Assembly: GCA_036339875.1 (NCBI GenBank)
Contig: JAYZAC010000190.1
Coordinates: forward strand, 1-19,452
DNA length: 19,452 nt
From: a bacterium
GTDB taxonomy: Bacteria; Muiribacteriota; UBA6191
Direction of reading: 5' to 3'
This document shows, one piece after another, positions 1-9,467 of the stretch. The notes under the pieces were generated by a model. The model saw nothing but the letters and a program-made list of their open reading frames with translations. It did no database searches and had not been told where the DNA came from. Each line of letters begins with the position of its first letter. Position 1 is the first letter of the stretch. The position numbers and the translations under genes were made by a program.

Positions 1-375
1 AGATTTCATCATTCGTGTTTTGATGACCCGTCTGATGCTGCGGGTTATTATGCTGCTTTAGATCTCTATTTAGTTTCTAGCAGAGCCGAAGGCGGTCCGA
101 AAGCTCTAATGGAAAGCATGGCAAGTGGTATTCCCTTGGTCACAACAAACGTGGGAATGGCTCCGGATATGGTGCTCGATGGGTTTAACGCTTTTATGGC
201 ACCCGTTGATGACGTGGATGAACTAGTTAAAAAAGCCGAAACTTTGATAAATAGTTCTGAACTACGCTCTAAATTTGTACAAAATGGATTTGTTACGGTA
301 CAAAAATATGACTGGTCTGTAATAGCGACTTCTTATATGAATGACCTTTATGCGGGGCTTATTGATGACAAGTGA
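1..375 (+). CDS. Glycosyltransferase family 4 (GT-B), C-terminal part; 5' end outside the window
   Basis: Frame 1 is open from base 1 (RFHHSCFDDPSDAAGYYAALDLYLVSSRAEGGPKALMESMASGIPLVTTNVG...). It has the GT4 E-x7-E motif (EGGPKALME) followed by ASGIPLVTT. The track start at 109 is an internal Met. Confidence 0.9.
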   Translation, partial: RFHHSCFDDPSDAAGYYAALDLYLVSSRAEGGPKALMESMASGIPLVTTNVGMAPDMVLDGFNAFMAPVDDVDELVKKAETLINSSELRSKFVQNGFVTVQKYDWSVIATSYMNDLYAGLIDDK

Positions 376-1456
376 TTTCGATAGCCTTTTAGATTGGGTC
401 TGCACTGTAAAAAACGAAGTGACAGAATTCATGTCATTAATGAAGAAAGATAACGGGACTTATAAGTACACATTGAGTGGCGATTTATACCCCGAAGATA
501 CTCTCTCTAATCTTGGATCTAATGTTTTTGCTCTTAAAATTTTTTACGTTCTAGGCATAACCAAAAATGATGAAATTGATGTTGTTATAGAACATATTAA
601 GAAATTTCAGCAACCTAATAGTTTATTTTCAGATCCATTTGTTTTCAAAAAAAGTTTTCTAAGAAATTTGGTGTCCTCCATAAGACGAGGTAGATTATAT
701 AACCTCACTAATTGGCAGTATAAAGTTGCTGAAACGCGGCAATGTATTTCTGCTCTTGGGCTTTATGGTGACAAGCCTGAATATGAGCCTTCTTTTTTTC
801 CTAAAAAGTCTCTTGAGGTAGAAGACTATTTAGAAGCATTAAACTGGCAACGTCCTTGGGATGCTGGTAGTCATTTTTCTCATTTGTGCTTTTTTTTGAG
901 CAGGCTCGAAGGTAACGGTGATACAGACGCGTCTGAATGTCTTGATTCGGCATTTAGCTGGATTAGTAAGCTGCAAGACCCTGAATCTGGGTGTTGGTGG
1001 AGAGGTAAGCGTCCATCCGATGGAGAGCTAATAAATGGTGCTATGAAAGTTTTAACCGGCTATGAGGCAGCCGGAAGAGGTTCCTTTGAACATGCCGATT
1101 CGCTAATTAATTTTTGCTTGAATGCGGTAAATAATACACATGCGTGCGGTAACTTTAACATTCTTTATGTATTGGAAACAGCTCAACAAAATGTTGATAG
1201 CATAGCTAGGCGAGCAGAGCTTGAAGCCTTTGTTTACGAGAGACTGAAGATATTTAGAACATATTGGTTTGCGGAGTATGGTGGCTTTTCTTTTAACCCT
1301 GAAAAATCCTCTGAAAATTATTATGGTGCTCGTGTGAGTAAAGGTTTGAATGAGCCGGACATTCATGGAACTGTCATGTTCATTTGGGGGTTATCGCTAA
1401 TATCAAGATTAATGAATATAGATGATAAAACGGGATTAAGACCTTTTAGCACATAA
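365..1456 (+). CDS. Uncharacterised protein, possible alpha/alpha-toroid (prenyltransferase/terpene-cyclase repeat-like)
   Basis: Long ORF. The ATG at 365 overlaps the end of the GT4 gene and is preferred over 341. Spaced QW-like segments: KKDNGTY, FQQPNSLF, LQDPESGCWW, EYGGFSF. The ORF is well supported; the fold is inference. Confidence 0.7.
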   Translation: MTSDFDSLLDWVCTVKNEVTEFMSLMKKDNGTYKYTLSGDLYPEDTLSNLGSNVFALKIFYVLGITKNDEIDVVIEHIKKFQQPNSLFSDPFVFKKSFLRNLVSSIRRGRLYNLTNWQYKVAETRQCISALGLYGDKPEYEPSFFPKKSLEVEDYLEALNWQRPWDAGSHFSHLCFFLSRLEGNGDTDASECLDSAFSWISKLQDPESGCWWRGKRPSDGELINGAMKVLTGYEAAGRGSFEHADSLINFCLNAVNNTHACGNFNILYVLETAQQNVDSIARRAELEAFVYERLKIFRTYWFAEYGGFSFNPEKSSENYYGARVSKGLNEPDIHGTVMFIWGLSLISRLMNIDDKTGLRPFST

Positions 1457-1517
1457 CATATGTTGACTGTAGATATTTTAAACAACGTAATTTTAAAGAC
1501 TAAATCGGGCTATTATT

Positions 1518-2213
1518 ATGGGATTCAAAAAGCTTATCAAATCAATCATTATGAAAAATGAACACCTTAGCAGGTTTTATCTTCACTCATTACTAAAGTT
1601 ACACAATGTGTGCTACAACCTTATAGGTCCTGCTGCAATACAATTCAATAATGGTATTCATCCTAAGCGTCAGATCATAAATTATGAAAAATGGTTTTTT
1701 GATAAAGTGGATGAAGGTGATAAAGTTATCGATATAGGCTGTAATAGGGGTTATCTTTGTTCTTATATTTCTCATAAATGTTCGGAAGTAATTGGGATTG
1801 ATCTTGATAAATCTCACATCGAGTATGCTAAAAAGAATTATCCTCTTAATAATCTTGAGTTTATTCATGCTGATGCAACAGAAGTCGATTTAGCGGATTT
1901 AGCGCCACAGAAATTAATCCTGTCCAATGTGCTTGAGCATATTGAATTTAGAGTGGATTTTCTTAAGCGTTTGAAAGAACTTACAAAAAAAGTCGATGAG
2001 CTCAAAATTTTAATTCGAGTTCCTCTCATTGAGCGAGATTGGCTTGCTGTTTTCAAAAAAGATTTTGGAATTGATTACAGGTTAGATCCAACACATTTTA
2101 CTGAATATACACAGTTAGAATTTGATAATGAATTGGGCCTTGCTGGGCTAGAAATATTAGAAAGTGAAATACAATTTGGTGAGTTGTATGCGGTGACTAA
2201 ATTTCGTTGTTAG
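1518..2213 (+). CDS. Class I SAM-dependent methyltransferase
   Basis: Motif I VIDIGCNRG, acidic end of beta-2 (VIGIDLD), FIHADA and the LSNVLEHI segment. Confidence 0.9.
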   Translation: MGFKKLIKSIIMKNEHLSRFYLHSLLKLHNVCYNLIGPAAIQFNNGIHPKRQIINYEKWFFDKVDEGDKVIDIGCNRGYLCSYISHKCSEVIGIDLDKSHIEYAKKNYPLNNLEFIHADATEVDLADLAPQKLILSNVLEHIEFRVDFLKRLKELTKKVDELKILIRVPLIERDWLAVFKKDFGIDYRLDPTHFTEYTQLEFDNELGLAGLEILESEIQFGELYAVTKFRC

Positions 2214-2214
2214 G

Positions 2215-2988
2215 CTAATGCTTGATGGCTAATCGTCCTGAGTAGTCCGTAACATTAAAAAGAGGTTTGTAATCTGAGGTATTGAAGTACTCATCGACAG
2301 CTTTCCGTGCACCTTCCCAGTGTCCATAGTCATCTATAATGAGAACTCCTTTTGTTTTTAGTAAAGGGTATAAAACTTCTAATTCTTTTTTAGTAGATTC
2401 ATACCAATCAGTATCGAGTCTCAGTACTGAAATTTCATCAGGCAAATTAGTTTCTATATTTAATGTCTTAAGTACATCTCCTTGAATAAATTTCATGGAA
2501 TCTAGATCAATGCCAGAGGCGACGACATTATTTTGTACATCTTGCAATGATGCATAGCACCATTCACTATGAAATTCATTAAGATTATCTTGATACTTTT
2601 GCTTGGCATTTGTACCAGTTCGTATCGAGTTATCGAATTCCGTTGGCTCAGTCATTCCTTCAAAGGTGTCAAACATATAAACTCTCTTATCTGAGCCTAG
2701 GAATTCAAAAGTTTTTTTGGCGAGAATGCTATTTCCACCTCTCCATACACCACACTCAACGAAATCCCCTGGGATATTATTCTTCACTACGTACTTGCAG
2801 GCTAATAATGTAGCGACTAGCCTCGGTATACTAACCATTGTATATTTGTTTTCACAAACAGATTTAATTAAAGAGATTTCCTCGGATGTTAACTCTGCAG
2901 CTATATTGTTGTAGGGTTCACAGGTGTCTTTTCTCTCCAGCTTAAATCCCATGTTGTCTATCAATCCCAATACAAGTCTTTTAATCAT
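2215..2988 (-). CDS. TylF/MycF/NovP-family sugar O-methyltransferase
   Basis: IPGDFVECGVWRGG, FDTFEG, LRLDTDWYESTK and IIDDYGHW family motifs. SD-like AAAGGT lies upstream of the ATG. Confidence 0.93.
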   Translation of the reverse strand: MIKRLVLGLIDNMGFKLERKDTCEPYNNIAAELTSEEISLIKSVCENKYTMVSIPRLVATLLACKYVVKNNIPGDFVECGVWRGGNSILAKKTFEFLGSDKRVYMFDTFEGMTEPTEFDNSIRTGTNAKQKYQDNLNEFHSEWCYASLQDVQNNVVASGIDLDSMKFIQGDVLKTLNIETNLPDEISVLRLDTDWYESTKKELEVLYPLLKTKGVLIIDDYGHWEGARKAVDEYFNTSDYKPLFNVTDYSGRLAIKH

Positions 2989-3170
2989 TGATTACCTTTG
3001 TCCGTCCAAACTATACATCTGAGATTCACGTACGTGGAATAGCCGAAATAAGTTAACAAATAATCTATAAAAAAGCTATTTACAAAATCTAGGTCTATCA
3101 TTCAAAATCTTAAGAATTAGAGCGAAAATACGGTCCGTTTTATCAGTTTTAATACTCGATATAAACTTTA

Positions 3171-4415
3171 TTAAGATGATGACTTATGACGTACATTTTT
3201 GATGTGATTAATTAATTCTGAAATAAACGGTACGATAGTCCACAATGCGAATTTAAATATTATTGAATAAATTACACCGAGTATTCCGAAAAAATTTATG
3301 AAAAAAATCAATGAAATTAGATAAAGAATGGATATTACCGCTCTTAAATAGGCTTCTTTTTTTACGTCTTTAATAGCGACCTTTTCAGTTAGTTTGATAG
3401 CTCCGGGAACGGCCAGTAGATAGCCGAATACTATATACTTAATGTAGGGTATGGAATCGTTATACTTTTGATATAAAAACGTATTTATGACCCATTCTGA
3501 GCCTAGAACAATAATAATTGCTGATAGCGTTGTGCAAGCCATTGCGATAAGGGTGTACTTTTTTACCCTGGGTGTTAGTTCATGTTTAGGGCACTTGGTA
3601 AGTAAAGGCAGAATAATGTTAATTATTGCCGTCAGAACTGTTTTAAGTTGTTCTTGAGCGAACTTTGCTACACTGAAGATACCCAAGTCTGTAAATCCAT
3701 AGATTAATCCGATAACGATTTTATCAGCCTTATTTTCTATTATAGGAATTAATGATGTAAGACTACGCTTGAGAACATAAGAAAGTTCCTTTTTTAAATT
3801 TTCCGGTTTGATTTCTTGTGGACCGAAGTCGTACCTAATAGCTAAAAAAGCGTAGATGATAATAGGAATCAAGAAACTTGGTAAAACTAATAGGGATAGA
3901 TTTGGATCAGTTTGTAAAGCAGCGCCGCATACAATTAGAATTACCAGTGTCTTTATAATGATTTCATATTTAGCTAGTAGGCTAATTTGTTTCGAGCCAT
4001 TAAGTACGCTGGCAAACATTTTTATGGGGCTTAGAGGAAAAAAAATGGCGATAACAAAAAGAGTGATGTGGAAGTTAATTGATAGAGTATCGTAGTAGTA
4101 GGCCTGAGTAGCTAATATTATAATACTGGCGATTACTGAACATGAAGCTCTATATCTTAATATTGTTTTGAAGTAGTACTCTTTCCGATTGGCAGCTAGC
4201 TGAATCATTGCCGTGTCAGCACCATGCAGGGTGAAAATACCTAGAATGGGTATCAGGCTTAAAATGAATTGCATTTTTCCAAATAATTCTACTGAGATGA
4301 ATTTCATTAAGATAAAAGCCTGAAGCAGTGAGAGTGCTGTAATTCCATAGCTTTTGAACAGAAAAATAATAAAATTTTTTCGATTTTTATTTGAGATGGT
4401 TTTTTGAAACAACAT
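3171..4415 (-). CDS. wzx: Oligosaccharide flippase (Wzx-like, MOP superfamily)
   Basis: 414 aa with many hydrophobic segments; ELFG near the N-terminus, DKIVIG...LGIFSVA, and C-terminal FGILG. Lies inside a glycan locus and is very AT-rich. Confidence 0.8.
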   Translation of the reverse strand: MLFQKTISNKNRKNFIIFLFKSYGITALSLLQAFILMKFISVELFGKMQFILSLIPILGIFTLHGADTAMIQLAANRKEYYFKTILRYRASCSVIASIIILATQAYYYDTLSINFHITLFVIAIFFPLSPIKMFASVLNGSKQISLLAKYEIIIKTLVILIVCGAALQTDPNLSLLVLPSFLIPIIIYAFLAIRYDFGPQEIKPENLKKELSYVLKRSLTSLIPIIENKADKIVIGLIYGFTDLGIFSVAKFAQEQLKTVLTAIINIILPLLTKCPKHELTPRVKKYTLIAMACTTLSAIIIVLGSEWVINTFLYQKYNDSIPYIKYIVFGYLLAVPGAIKLTEKVAIKDVKKEAYLRAVISILYLISLIFFINFFGILGVIYSIIFKFALWTIVPFISELINHIKNVRHKSSS

Positions 4416-4602
4416 TCAATCACTCGATTTGATACAACTTTTAATTATAATCTTATTAGATAAATTATTGTTGTTATTTAACCACTATAAAAAAAACATA
4501 TCGCTGGTCAGCAATAATTAACCTTCTATTGAATTTATAACTACTAGCTGAATTTCTAACTAAGATTAAGTTTGGGATAAGTTTTTAGTTTATTGTCAGA
4601 AA

Positions 4603-5436
4603 CTATGATTTTTGAAGGACAAGCAAAACTGAATGAGAACAAAATCTACTAAAGCATAATTCAATGATTTTTCTTAATATTCGGCCGAATATATGCTTGG
4701 AATCATAGATGGGCTGCATTAGTTTTCCAAGAATACCGATTTCCTCTTTCAATCCCTTCAAAGCGTCGAAAGGAACAGTATCAACGAGCTTAAATCCAAG
4801 CTTTTCATAATGGCCTACTACTTTTTTATGATTTAAGGCGAATTGATAGAATTTTTCACGATGCAAAGCACCTTGCCACTCAGAAAAAAAACCGCAAGAA
4901 GTTTTTAGCTTTCGAAACGGTGACATGTAGGGAAAAGTAAGAAATAAATATCCATTTTTATTGATTATACGAAGCATATCTTCGGCAATGGCATCGTAGT
5001 TGTCATAAAAATGCTCGATGACACCAATAGACCAATAGGCATCAAAATAATTATCCGAGAATCCCGAATTTCTTACATCGCCTAGTACGCAAGGTACCTC
5101 AGCTAAATTTTGCTGTAAAAAATTTATGGTTTCCTGTGCATAATCCAAAGCGGTTACATCATAACCATGTAAATGGAGCCCCCAGCTAATGGTGGCAAGA
5201 CCACAGCCACCTTCCAATACTTTACTTCCCGGAGAAAGATATTTAGATGTTTGATACACAGTGAAATTATATTTTGAAACTGATTTTGGATAAATGGTAT
5301 TTAGTCTTTGATTATCCCAATGCTGATCCCAGTAATTTTCATTAGCAACATTGCCTGTATATACAAGTCGATCTGCTGAGCTTTCATAAAATCTTGGCAT
5401 GCTGCGGATTTTAATCCCAGAGTTGAATGATTTCAA
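4603..5436 (-). CDS. Class I SAM-dependent methyltransferase
   Basis: VLEGGCGLA, ALDYA, GDVR and FDAYWSIGVIEHF motifs. The start may be the TTG at 5436 or the ATG at 5400. Confidence 0.9.
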   Translation of the reverse strand: MKSFNSGIKIRSMPRFYESSADRLVYTGNVANENYWDQHWDNQRLNTIYPKSVSKYNFTVYQTSKYLSPGSKVLEGGCGLATISWGLHLHGYDVTALDYAQETINFLQQNLAEVPCVLGDVRNSGFSDNYFDAYWSIGVIEHFYDNYDAIAEDMLRIINKNGYLFLTFPYMSPFRKLKTSCGFFSEWQGALHREKFYQFALNHKKVVGHYEKLGFKLVDTVPFDALKGLKEEIGILGKLMQPIYDSKHIFGRILRKIIELCFSRFCSHSVLLVLQKS

Positions 5437-5455
5437 GTCTTACTGTTGGTATTTA

Positions 5456-6241
5456 TTATGGTTTGATTAATTTGAGAATAGTCTGAGGAATACTTGCTAT
5501 AATCAAGTCTTTGATGAGGTACCTTAGTTCCACCAGACTATACTTAAAAGTTTTATAAGCTAATAACTTAGCTCTCAGTGCATAGGTTCTTTGTTCCCGC
5601 AGTTTGGAGAAAGAGATCGATTGCGAGCTCAAACGATGATACATTAGCACCTCTGGTAAGCTATCTAGCTTATATTTTGAAGCTATTCTTACCCAGTATT
5701 CGTAATCCTGAGTATATTTGAATTTAGGGTTATAGCCTCCAAGCTCCTCATAAACATTTTTTCTAAACATCACCGAGGAGTGAGCGAATGGGTTAAACCT
5801 AATAAAAGCTTTACAAATTTGTTCATGATCCCCAATATGGGGGCAATGTCGTCGACCTAATCTATCACCACTTTCATTAATCTGTTCGTAATTACAAGCG
5901 ATCATGGCATGTTCAGGATTTTGATCAAGAAAATCGACCTGTTTCTGTAACTTTGTTTTTTCCCACAGATCATCTGCGTCTATTCTTGCAATGTAGTTAC
6001 CACAGGAGAGTTTCAAACAGCTATTCAGAGTAGCGGTCAGCCCCATGTTAGTTTGCTGCACTAACCTAATTCGACCATCGTTGTAACTTTTTAAGATATC
6101 AATGGTTTCATCTGTACTTCCATCATCGATAATAATCCATTCAAAATCTTTGAGAGTTTGTGAAAGCACAGAGTCAACAGTTTCTTTGATGTAATTTTCA
6201 GCATTGTATACTCCGGTGATGATAGATACTTTAGGTTTCAT
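5456..6241 (-). CDS. Glycosyltransferase family 2 (GT-A)
   Basis: VSIITGVYN, IIDDGSTD, DxD motif (RIDADD), LGGY and QDYEYW. Confidence 0.95.
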   Translation of the reverse strand: MKPKVSIITGVYNAENYIKETVDSVLSQTLKDFEWIIIDDGSTDETIDILKSYNDGRIRLVQQTNMGLTATLNSCLKLSCGNYIARIDADDLWEKTKLQKQVDFLDQNPEHAMIACNYEQINESGDRLGRRHCPHIGDHEQICKAFIRFNPFAHSSVMFRKNVYEELGGYNPKFKYTQDYEYWVRIASKYKLDSLPEVLMYHRLSSQSISFSKLREQRTYALRAKLLAYKTFKYSLVELRYLIKDLIIASIPQTILKLIKP

Positions 6242-6500
6242 TCGATTGCCGATTGTTTCTGATACTTTCTATTGAAATTAGTAGTTATCATTTTTAAGTA
6301 TCCATGCGAACTATTCGTTCATTATGCATTACACGATATTCTTGAACCTATTATTTCGGTACCATTAAATGTCGGAGTACTCGCAAATTGTTTAGACCAG
6401 ACCTTTTGATTTGTCAGTCTAGTGAAAATAATTAATCGTTTAGTGATTTTCGCTAGAGAGAAGGTAGCTGTTTTATATACGAATATAGAATTTATGAGGG

Positions 6501-7487
6501 TCATCTAGCTTCGAGCCTCAGATGTTCGATTACATCTTCAAGGATACTATCAAGGGTTCTTTTTGGAGCCATTCCGATTAAGTTTTTGAGTTTTTCAGTA
6601 CTTGGAACTCTACGGGGCATATCTTCGAAATCTTTGGTATATACGAGGTCATATGGGGTATAGCTTAAAGAGCTTTTAGATGAGCTTTTTTCAATTATAA
6701 TCTTAGCTAACTCAGTAACGCTGATTTCTTCGACACCACCAATATTTACAACTTCACCGACTGCTTCAGGTGTTTCCATGAGTTTTATGACGCAATCAAC
6801 GACCTCGTCTACATGTGTAAAAGTACGGGTTTGTGATCCATCTCCGTGAACTGTAATATTTTCATTCCGAAGTGCTTGCTGCACAAATGTTGGAATAACC
6901 ATTCCGTATTCTCCCGTCTGCTTGGGACCCACGGTATTGAAGAATCTGACAATAACGACTGGTAATCTGGCAGAACGATGATATCCAAGAGCAATAAATT
7001 CATCCATGAGTTTAGATGCTGCATAACTCCAGCGAGCCTTACCACTTGAGCCGAAAGTAATATCGTCATCTTCTGATAAAGGAGCTCGACTTTGCTTACC
7101 ATATACTTCTGAGGTGCTGGCAATAAGAACTTTTTTCTGAAATTTATTGCAAAGTCTAAGAACAATTTCAGTTCCCATGATATTGGCGTGAATGGAAGAT
7201 AGAGGATTATCTAGTATGTATTTGACACCTACTGCGGCAGCCAAATGAATTACTAGACCGCATGTCCCAATCAACTCTGTCATTTTCTCCTCGTTGAAAA
7301 TCGTATCAATACTAACGTGGAAACGATTCTTGAACTCAGGATTCTCTTGAAGATGACTAATGTTTTTCAACGAGCCTGTGGACAAATTATCGATGACATA
7401 TACTTCAAGTCCTGCTTTAAGATACTTCTCAGCAAGATGGCTACCGATGAATCCGGCCCCACCGGTGATCAATACTTTTTTATACAC
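6501..7487 (-). CDS. NAD-dependent nucleotide-sugar epimerase/dehydratase (extended SDR, ArnA/UDP-xylose synthase-like)
   Basis: TGGAGFIG, HLAA, STSEVYG, catalytic YAASK, RFFNTVGP and GDGSQTRTF. GTG start preceded by GGAAGGGG. Confidence 0.92.
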   Translation of the reverse strand: MYKKVLITGGAGFIGSHLAEKYLKAGLEVYVIDNLSTGSLKNISHLQENPEFKNRFHVSIDTIFNEEKMTELIGTCGLVIHLAAAVGVKYILDNPLSSIHANIMGTEIVLRLCNKFQKKVLIASTSEVYGKQSRAPLSEDDDITFGSSGKARWSYAASKLMDEFIALGYHRSARLPVVIVRFFNTVGPKQTGEYGMVIPTFVQQALRNENITVHGDGSQTRTFTHVDEVVDCVIKLMETPEAVGEVVNIGGVEEISVTELAKIIIEKSSSKSSLSYTPYDLVYTKDFEDMPRRVPSTEKLKNLIGMAPKRTLDSILEDVIEHLRLEAR

Positions 7488-7904
7488 AGTTACCCCTTCC
7501 TAATAAATCGGAAAAATAAGTTGCAAATCTTAACAAAAACTACAAGATTATAAAGGTCAAATCCAATACTTGTACGAAGTATCAAAAAATCTTTCTATTT
7601 TATTAATTGTTGGTCAAATTGTAGATACTTTATCACCATAGAAGTCTCTTGACACAAAAACGGTCAGTACAAAAACTGATTGAGAATATAAGACTATTTT
7701 ATAAGAAGTACTCTTGTGGATTTTTTTAATGTTGAAAAATTTATTTTGTATTACATGATGCTCACTCTCATGAGATTGAAAGTATAAATAAATAGGTCAT
7801 TGAGAATTACAGTAGAATTAGACTCATCAAGGGTTTTAATAGACTATATTTAGCTTGATATTTTTGCTCCAGGATTAGTTCTTGTTCAATGTCTTTTCGC
7901 ATTT

Positions 7905-9398
7905 TCATTGAGCATCATCGATACTACTCAATTGATTTATCACGATACTGAAATCTTTGAGTTTTAGTAGAAAGATAAATACTAGGGTTATTACACTAAT
8001 CAAAATATTAATCTTATTGTGGTCTGTAAAATATAAAACTATCGGAATAGGAACATAAGTAACACAGCTAAGGCATAGATCTTTGAAAAAAACGCTTAAG
8101 CTAAAATTTTTTGTTTTACTGAGAAAAAAAAGACTCACTCCTCCATAGCCTAAAGTTTGAAATATTAATTGAGACCAGAGCACACCGCGCTCTTGAAAGC
8201 TATCGGCCAGTAAACTAAATATTGGCCAACTGACCAAGGTTGCTGCGATCAATGAAAGACAAAATTGAGTTAGCAGTTGAGAGGATTCTTGAGAAAGTAT
8301 CCACCGCGTTGTAAGTGAAAATAATGTGATAAAAAATATTCCGGGTGTCAATGTTAATAAGCTAATCTGACTAATATATGTATTTAGTGTGGTGTAACTT
8401 CCGTTGTTGAAAACGTACTTTATGAACAATGGGCCTAAGATAATCATCAAACATGTTAGCGGAACACATAAACATATCAGGAACCTAATCAGCGACTGAA
8501 TTTTATATCCTGGATTTTTATCTCTATGCCATTGCACCATACGTGGGTAAAAAATCAAGATTACCGGAAATAAAATAAGAGTTGTCGTGATTTCTACTAC
8601 TTTTCGACCGTTCAGAATACTGGTAAAGCTGCCTTGTTGTAGTCCGGTCGCGAAGTAATCAGGTAAAAAAATGAGTAAGAACTGACTGAGGAAAAGTAGT
8701 AGAGAAGTGATCCATAAATTCCAGTTGAAGATCTCTTTATCTATGGGTTTGAGGATGAGTACAAATTTTAGATCTGATTTCAGCATGATAATAAACATTA
8801 TTATGAGTTGAAGAATACCGGCAGTAACCATTCCTAAAGCTAAGCTGTATTCACCCCAAGAGTTGGAAAATGCGTATATGAAAATCAAACATGTAAATCC
8901 AAAGCAGACGGAATTAAGGTAGGTGAATGTAAAGTGCTTCTGAGATTGATAAACAACGCAAAAGAGGTCGTTCAAATAAACGATTGGAAGCAATAAAATA
9001 AGTATTAAAAAAAAGTCATAAGTGGAATGAATCGTTTCAGGACTCCAGCGGCTTACTAGGCCAAGGATTTGAGGATAAAAAACACACAAAATGGGAATTA
9101 AAAGAATCATGCTAATTAGCACTTTAGTAGCCAAGGCGCAGCATTTTTGCCATGCTAATGCAGAATTCTCTTCGAATTTTTTGACAAGATATGGCAGTAG
9201 TATATTGCTATTGAAATGCGTCCAGAATCCACTCAATAAGATAATCATCGAATATAGATAAAATATAAGATCAGTCTGAGTGTTGGCTCCAAAAATATAG
9301 GCTATCGAGAGCGTAGTGGCAAAGCTTAGAAACTTTCCTAAAGTAGCGAGTAGAATACTTATTATTCCTGATTTCTTAAGACTCTGAGATCTGATCAT
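7905..9398 (-). CDS. murJ: MurJ/MviN-like lipid-linked precursor flippase (divergent)
   Basis: 497 aa polytopic membrane protein with MviN-style landmarks: GKFLSF...IAYIFGA..TD, LLPY, DYFATGL..GS, IFYPRM, CVP, VFNNGSY. Exact substrate is uncertain. Confidence 0.7.
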   Translation of the reverse strand: MIRSQSLKKSGIISILLATLGKFLSFATTLSIAYIFGANTQTDLIFYLYSMIILLSGFWTHFNSNILLPYLVKKFEENSALAWQKCCALATKVLISMILLIPILCVFYPQILGLVSRWSPETIHSTYDFFLILILLLPIVYLNDLFCVVYQSQKHFTFTYLNSVCFGFTCLIFIYAFSNSWGEYSLALGMVTAGILQLIIMFIIMLKSDLKFVLILKPIDKEIFNWNLWITSLLLFLSQFLLIFLPDYFATGLQQGSFTSILNGRKVVEITTTLILFPVILIFYPRMVQWHRDKNPGYKIQSLIRFLICLCVPLTCLMIILGPLFIKYVFNNGSYTTLNTYISQISLLTLTPGIFFITLFSLTTRWILSQESSQLLTQFCLSLIAATLVSWPIFSLLADSFQERGVLWSQLIFQTLGYGGVSLFFLSKTKNFSLSVFFKDLCLSCVTYVPIPIVLYFTDHNKINILISVITLVFIFLLKLKDFSIVINQLSSIDDAQ

Positions 9399-9404
9399 TG
9401 CGCA

Positions 9405-9413
9405 AGTTTAGCA
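9405..9413 (-). promoter_or_regulatory. Extended -10 promoter of the murJ-like gene (probably leaderless)
   Basis: The minus strand reads TGcTAAACT-TGCGCA-ATG, placing the -10 hexamer 6 nt before the start codon. No SD is present. Confidence 0.5.
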
Positions 9414-9467
9414 TTGGTTAACAATTTCCTCTCAAATACTATAATTTAAAATTGATGGTTGAACTTT

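Noticed and set aside
3024..3110. Palindrome CACGTACGTG (3027-3036) and CAAAATCT repeated 20 nt apart upstream of the TylF-like gene
   Set aside because: Single short occurrences that could be chance; no second site or regulator supports them.
6322..6504. 60-aa minus-strand ORF overlapping the epimerase stop by ATGA
   Set aside because: The coupling geometry is suggestive, but it has no recognisable motif or TM segment, and ATGA arises easily from an AGA-TGA ending. It cannot be supported without ribosome profiling or conservation.
7488..7904. JUMPStart/ops element, tRNA, riboswitch or CRISPR array in the long spacers
   Set aside because: I found no GGCGGTAG-like ops, cloverleaf, GC-rich structured segment or regularly spaced repeats.
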